DNA of 63,033 nucleotides, the filler included, from Nitrospiraceae bacterium (lineage in GTDB: Bacteria > Nitrospirota > Nitrospiria > Nitrospirales > Nitrospiraceae), in the NCBI GenBank assembly GCA_037442105.1. It is 3 parts of 3 records of this genome, joined end to end, with 100 filler letters (N's around TTAATTAATTAA, not from the genome) between each part and the next. Parts side by side here need not be neighbours in the genome. Positions count along the whole stretch, not along the records: positions 42,672 to 63,033 come from JBBIQV010000043.1; 2 more parts are not named here. One strand, written 5' to 3'. The translations under genes and the position numbers were made by a program. The notes below the pieces were generated by a model. The model searched no databases, was not told the DNA's origin, and saw only the letters and a list, made by a program, of their open reading frames with translations. Positions 61,558-63,033 of this stretch are shown here, in pieces (positions within the stretch are counted from its first letter, which is position 1; each line of letters starts with the position of its first letter).

Positions 61558-62940
61558 TCAGAACAGGTAAACGACTTGGAACGAGAGGGTCTCCTGGTTA
61601 TTGGTTGCGTCGCCGCCGTTCAGGAAGATGTTCCGGTTGGACTTGTCATACCGGAACTCCATCCTGGTGATCAGCGACGGCGTCGGCTTATATTGCAACG
61701 TATAGGTTGTTTCCCACAGCGTTTGGGCAATCCCGCCCCCTCCAACTAGAGTTGCAGGAATCCCGGCCGCGCCAGCTCCGCCCGCTCCCGCACAGGTGTT
61801 CCATCCGCCCGGGACACCGGTGAATCCCCCGACCGTCCCTGCGACCGATCCCGTGCAGGTCCTCGCGCCTCCCGCATCCTCAAAGATCTCGCCCCTGAGC
61901 CGGGCACTCCATTGATCGTCAAAATCATGAATCAGATAGGCGCCCAACCCATTCCAGCGGGCGTTCTTTCCTGCCTTCCCTGCAACAAGATTGGCATTCG
62001 CCTCGTTCGCATAATAGGGTTCCAGGATGATCGTGTCCTGACTCGTCGCTTTGAACGTGATGATCGAGCCGGCTACGGTCCGTTTTGCGCTCCCGTTGAC
62101 TCCAGGTCCCCCAGGGACAACGCCGCCCACGGTATTGGATTGTTCCGGTCCAACGGACCCGTAGAAATTTACGCCGAGCTTCTCATGCGGAGTCAGCGCC
62201 ACCAGCCATTCGACCGTCTTCCCCTTGTTGTTGTCGTCCACATTGTCCCAGCCGTTGACCACGCCGACCGATGCGGTAATGATCGGATTGAACGTATAGG
62301 TGAACCGGATACCGGTCGTCGTGAAGGCCTGGCCCAAGCCGAACATGAAGGTCCGGGAGAAATTGGGGTTCTCCCAGCTATTGATCACCTCATAGCCGAT
62401 CAGCGTGTTGATCTTGCCGGCCTGGACTTTGAGACCGTTCCCGACCGGAAGAATGTACTCTGCGTACAGCTCCTGGAAATCCAGCTCATCGCTGGCCACA
62501 CCGGGCTGAAAATTCGTCCGCGCCCGCGACACCCGGGAATCAAGCCCGAAATTGAGCCTGGCCCGGAATCCAGCCCGTTCCAGTGCGCTTCCGCCCGCGT
62601 CAGCCGACCGTTCCAGCATGATCTGGGCCAAATGCGGCATGAACGAACTGGCGTTGGTATCGAAAATATGCAGTTGATTGAGATTCGTGTTCGGGTTGTT
62701 GAAATTGTGCGTGTACGCCACATCTAAGAACCCGGAGACTTTGAACCCCAACGTCTTCCAGAGGGATGGCGCATCCATCTTTTTTTCCAGATTCTCGATC
62801 CGCTCGAGAACATTGGGCGGCGGCGCAGCCGGCTCGGCACCGAAACTCATCGGCACCGATACCCCGGCCACAAGGCCTCCCATCATCAATACCAAACCGA
62901 GACGTTTGAGCGAACGTGTAAACAACACTCCTGGACGCAT
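61558..62940 (-). CDS. Outer-membrane beta-barrel porin-like protein
   Basis: Signal peptide, coiled-coil linker, alternating beta strands, GYEVI motif, terminal ...VVYLF; start uncertain. Confidence 0.75.
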   Translation of the reverse strand: MRPGVLFTRSLKRLGLVLMMGGLVAGVSVPMSFGAEPAAPPPNVLERIENLEKKMDAPSLWKTLGFKVSGFLDVAYTHNFNNPNTNLNQLHIFDTNASSFMPHLAQIMLERSADAGGSALERAGFRARLNFGLDSRVSRARTNFQPGVASDELDFQELYAEYILPVGNGLKVQAGKINTLIGYEVINSWENPNFSRTFMFGLGQAFTTTGIRFTYTFNPIITASVGVVNGWDNVDDNNKGKTVEWLVALTPHEKLGVNFYGSVGPEQSNTVGGVVPGGPGVNGSAKRTVAGSIITFKATSQDTIILEPYYANEANANLVAGKAGKNARWNGLGAYLIHDFDDQWSARLRGEIFEDAGGARTCTGSVAGTVGGFTGVPGGWNTCAGAGGAGAAGIPATLVGGGGIAQTLWETTYTLQYKPTPSLITRMEFRYDKSNRNIFLNGGDATNNQETLSFQVVYLF

Positions 62941-63033
62941 GCGAATCCTCCTCTTCGTAGCGCACATGTGTTGAATTGATCCTCCAAATTGATCCCCAAG
63001 CAAACTCCGCAGGACCGGTCTTGAGATTCCTGC

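Overview
About 60% GC bacterial DNA, most consistent with a Nitrospira-like nitrite oxidiser (inferred from gene content and repeat style, not from a search). It is three contigs joined by artificial N44-TTAATTAATTAA-N44 linkers (21672-21771, 42572-42671), so adjacency across those points is not real. Contig 1: tRNA-Pro, rdgB, rph, a REC-HD-GYP protein with a sigma54-type promoter, metH, hemW, a Ca2+/H+ antiporter, many small hypotheticals and a fluoride-riboswitch-controlled cation:proton antiporter. Contig 2: a PilZ-GAF sigma54 activator facing a divergent target gene, typA, PBP1A, a full isc operon (iscR-S-U-A-hscB-hscA-iscX, divergent fdx), gltX, two tRNA-Gln and glnS. Contig 3: a tRNA 3'-end att-like fragment with two apparently decaying toxin-antitoxin modules, then a ~17 kb minus-strand nitrogen-assimilation cluster (porin-amtB-PII-glnD-glnA-cynABD-cynS-amt-amt-Rieske-cytochrome b-octaheme HAO-family cytochrome). 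The most interesting signals are in this cluster. (1) Tandem ANTAR/NasT-type hairpin-plus-terminator attenuators lie in front of the cyanate genes. (2) The Rieske protein has CTDLGC (His ligand replaced by Asp) and is paired with a PPWY cytochrome b and a reductive-type octaheme cytochrome. (3) Two tandem Amt paralogues each lack a different Phe of the Phe gate. No CRISPR array or transposase gene was seen. Three families of short non-coding repeats are present.
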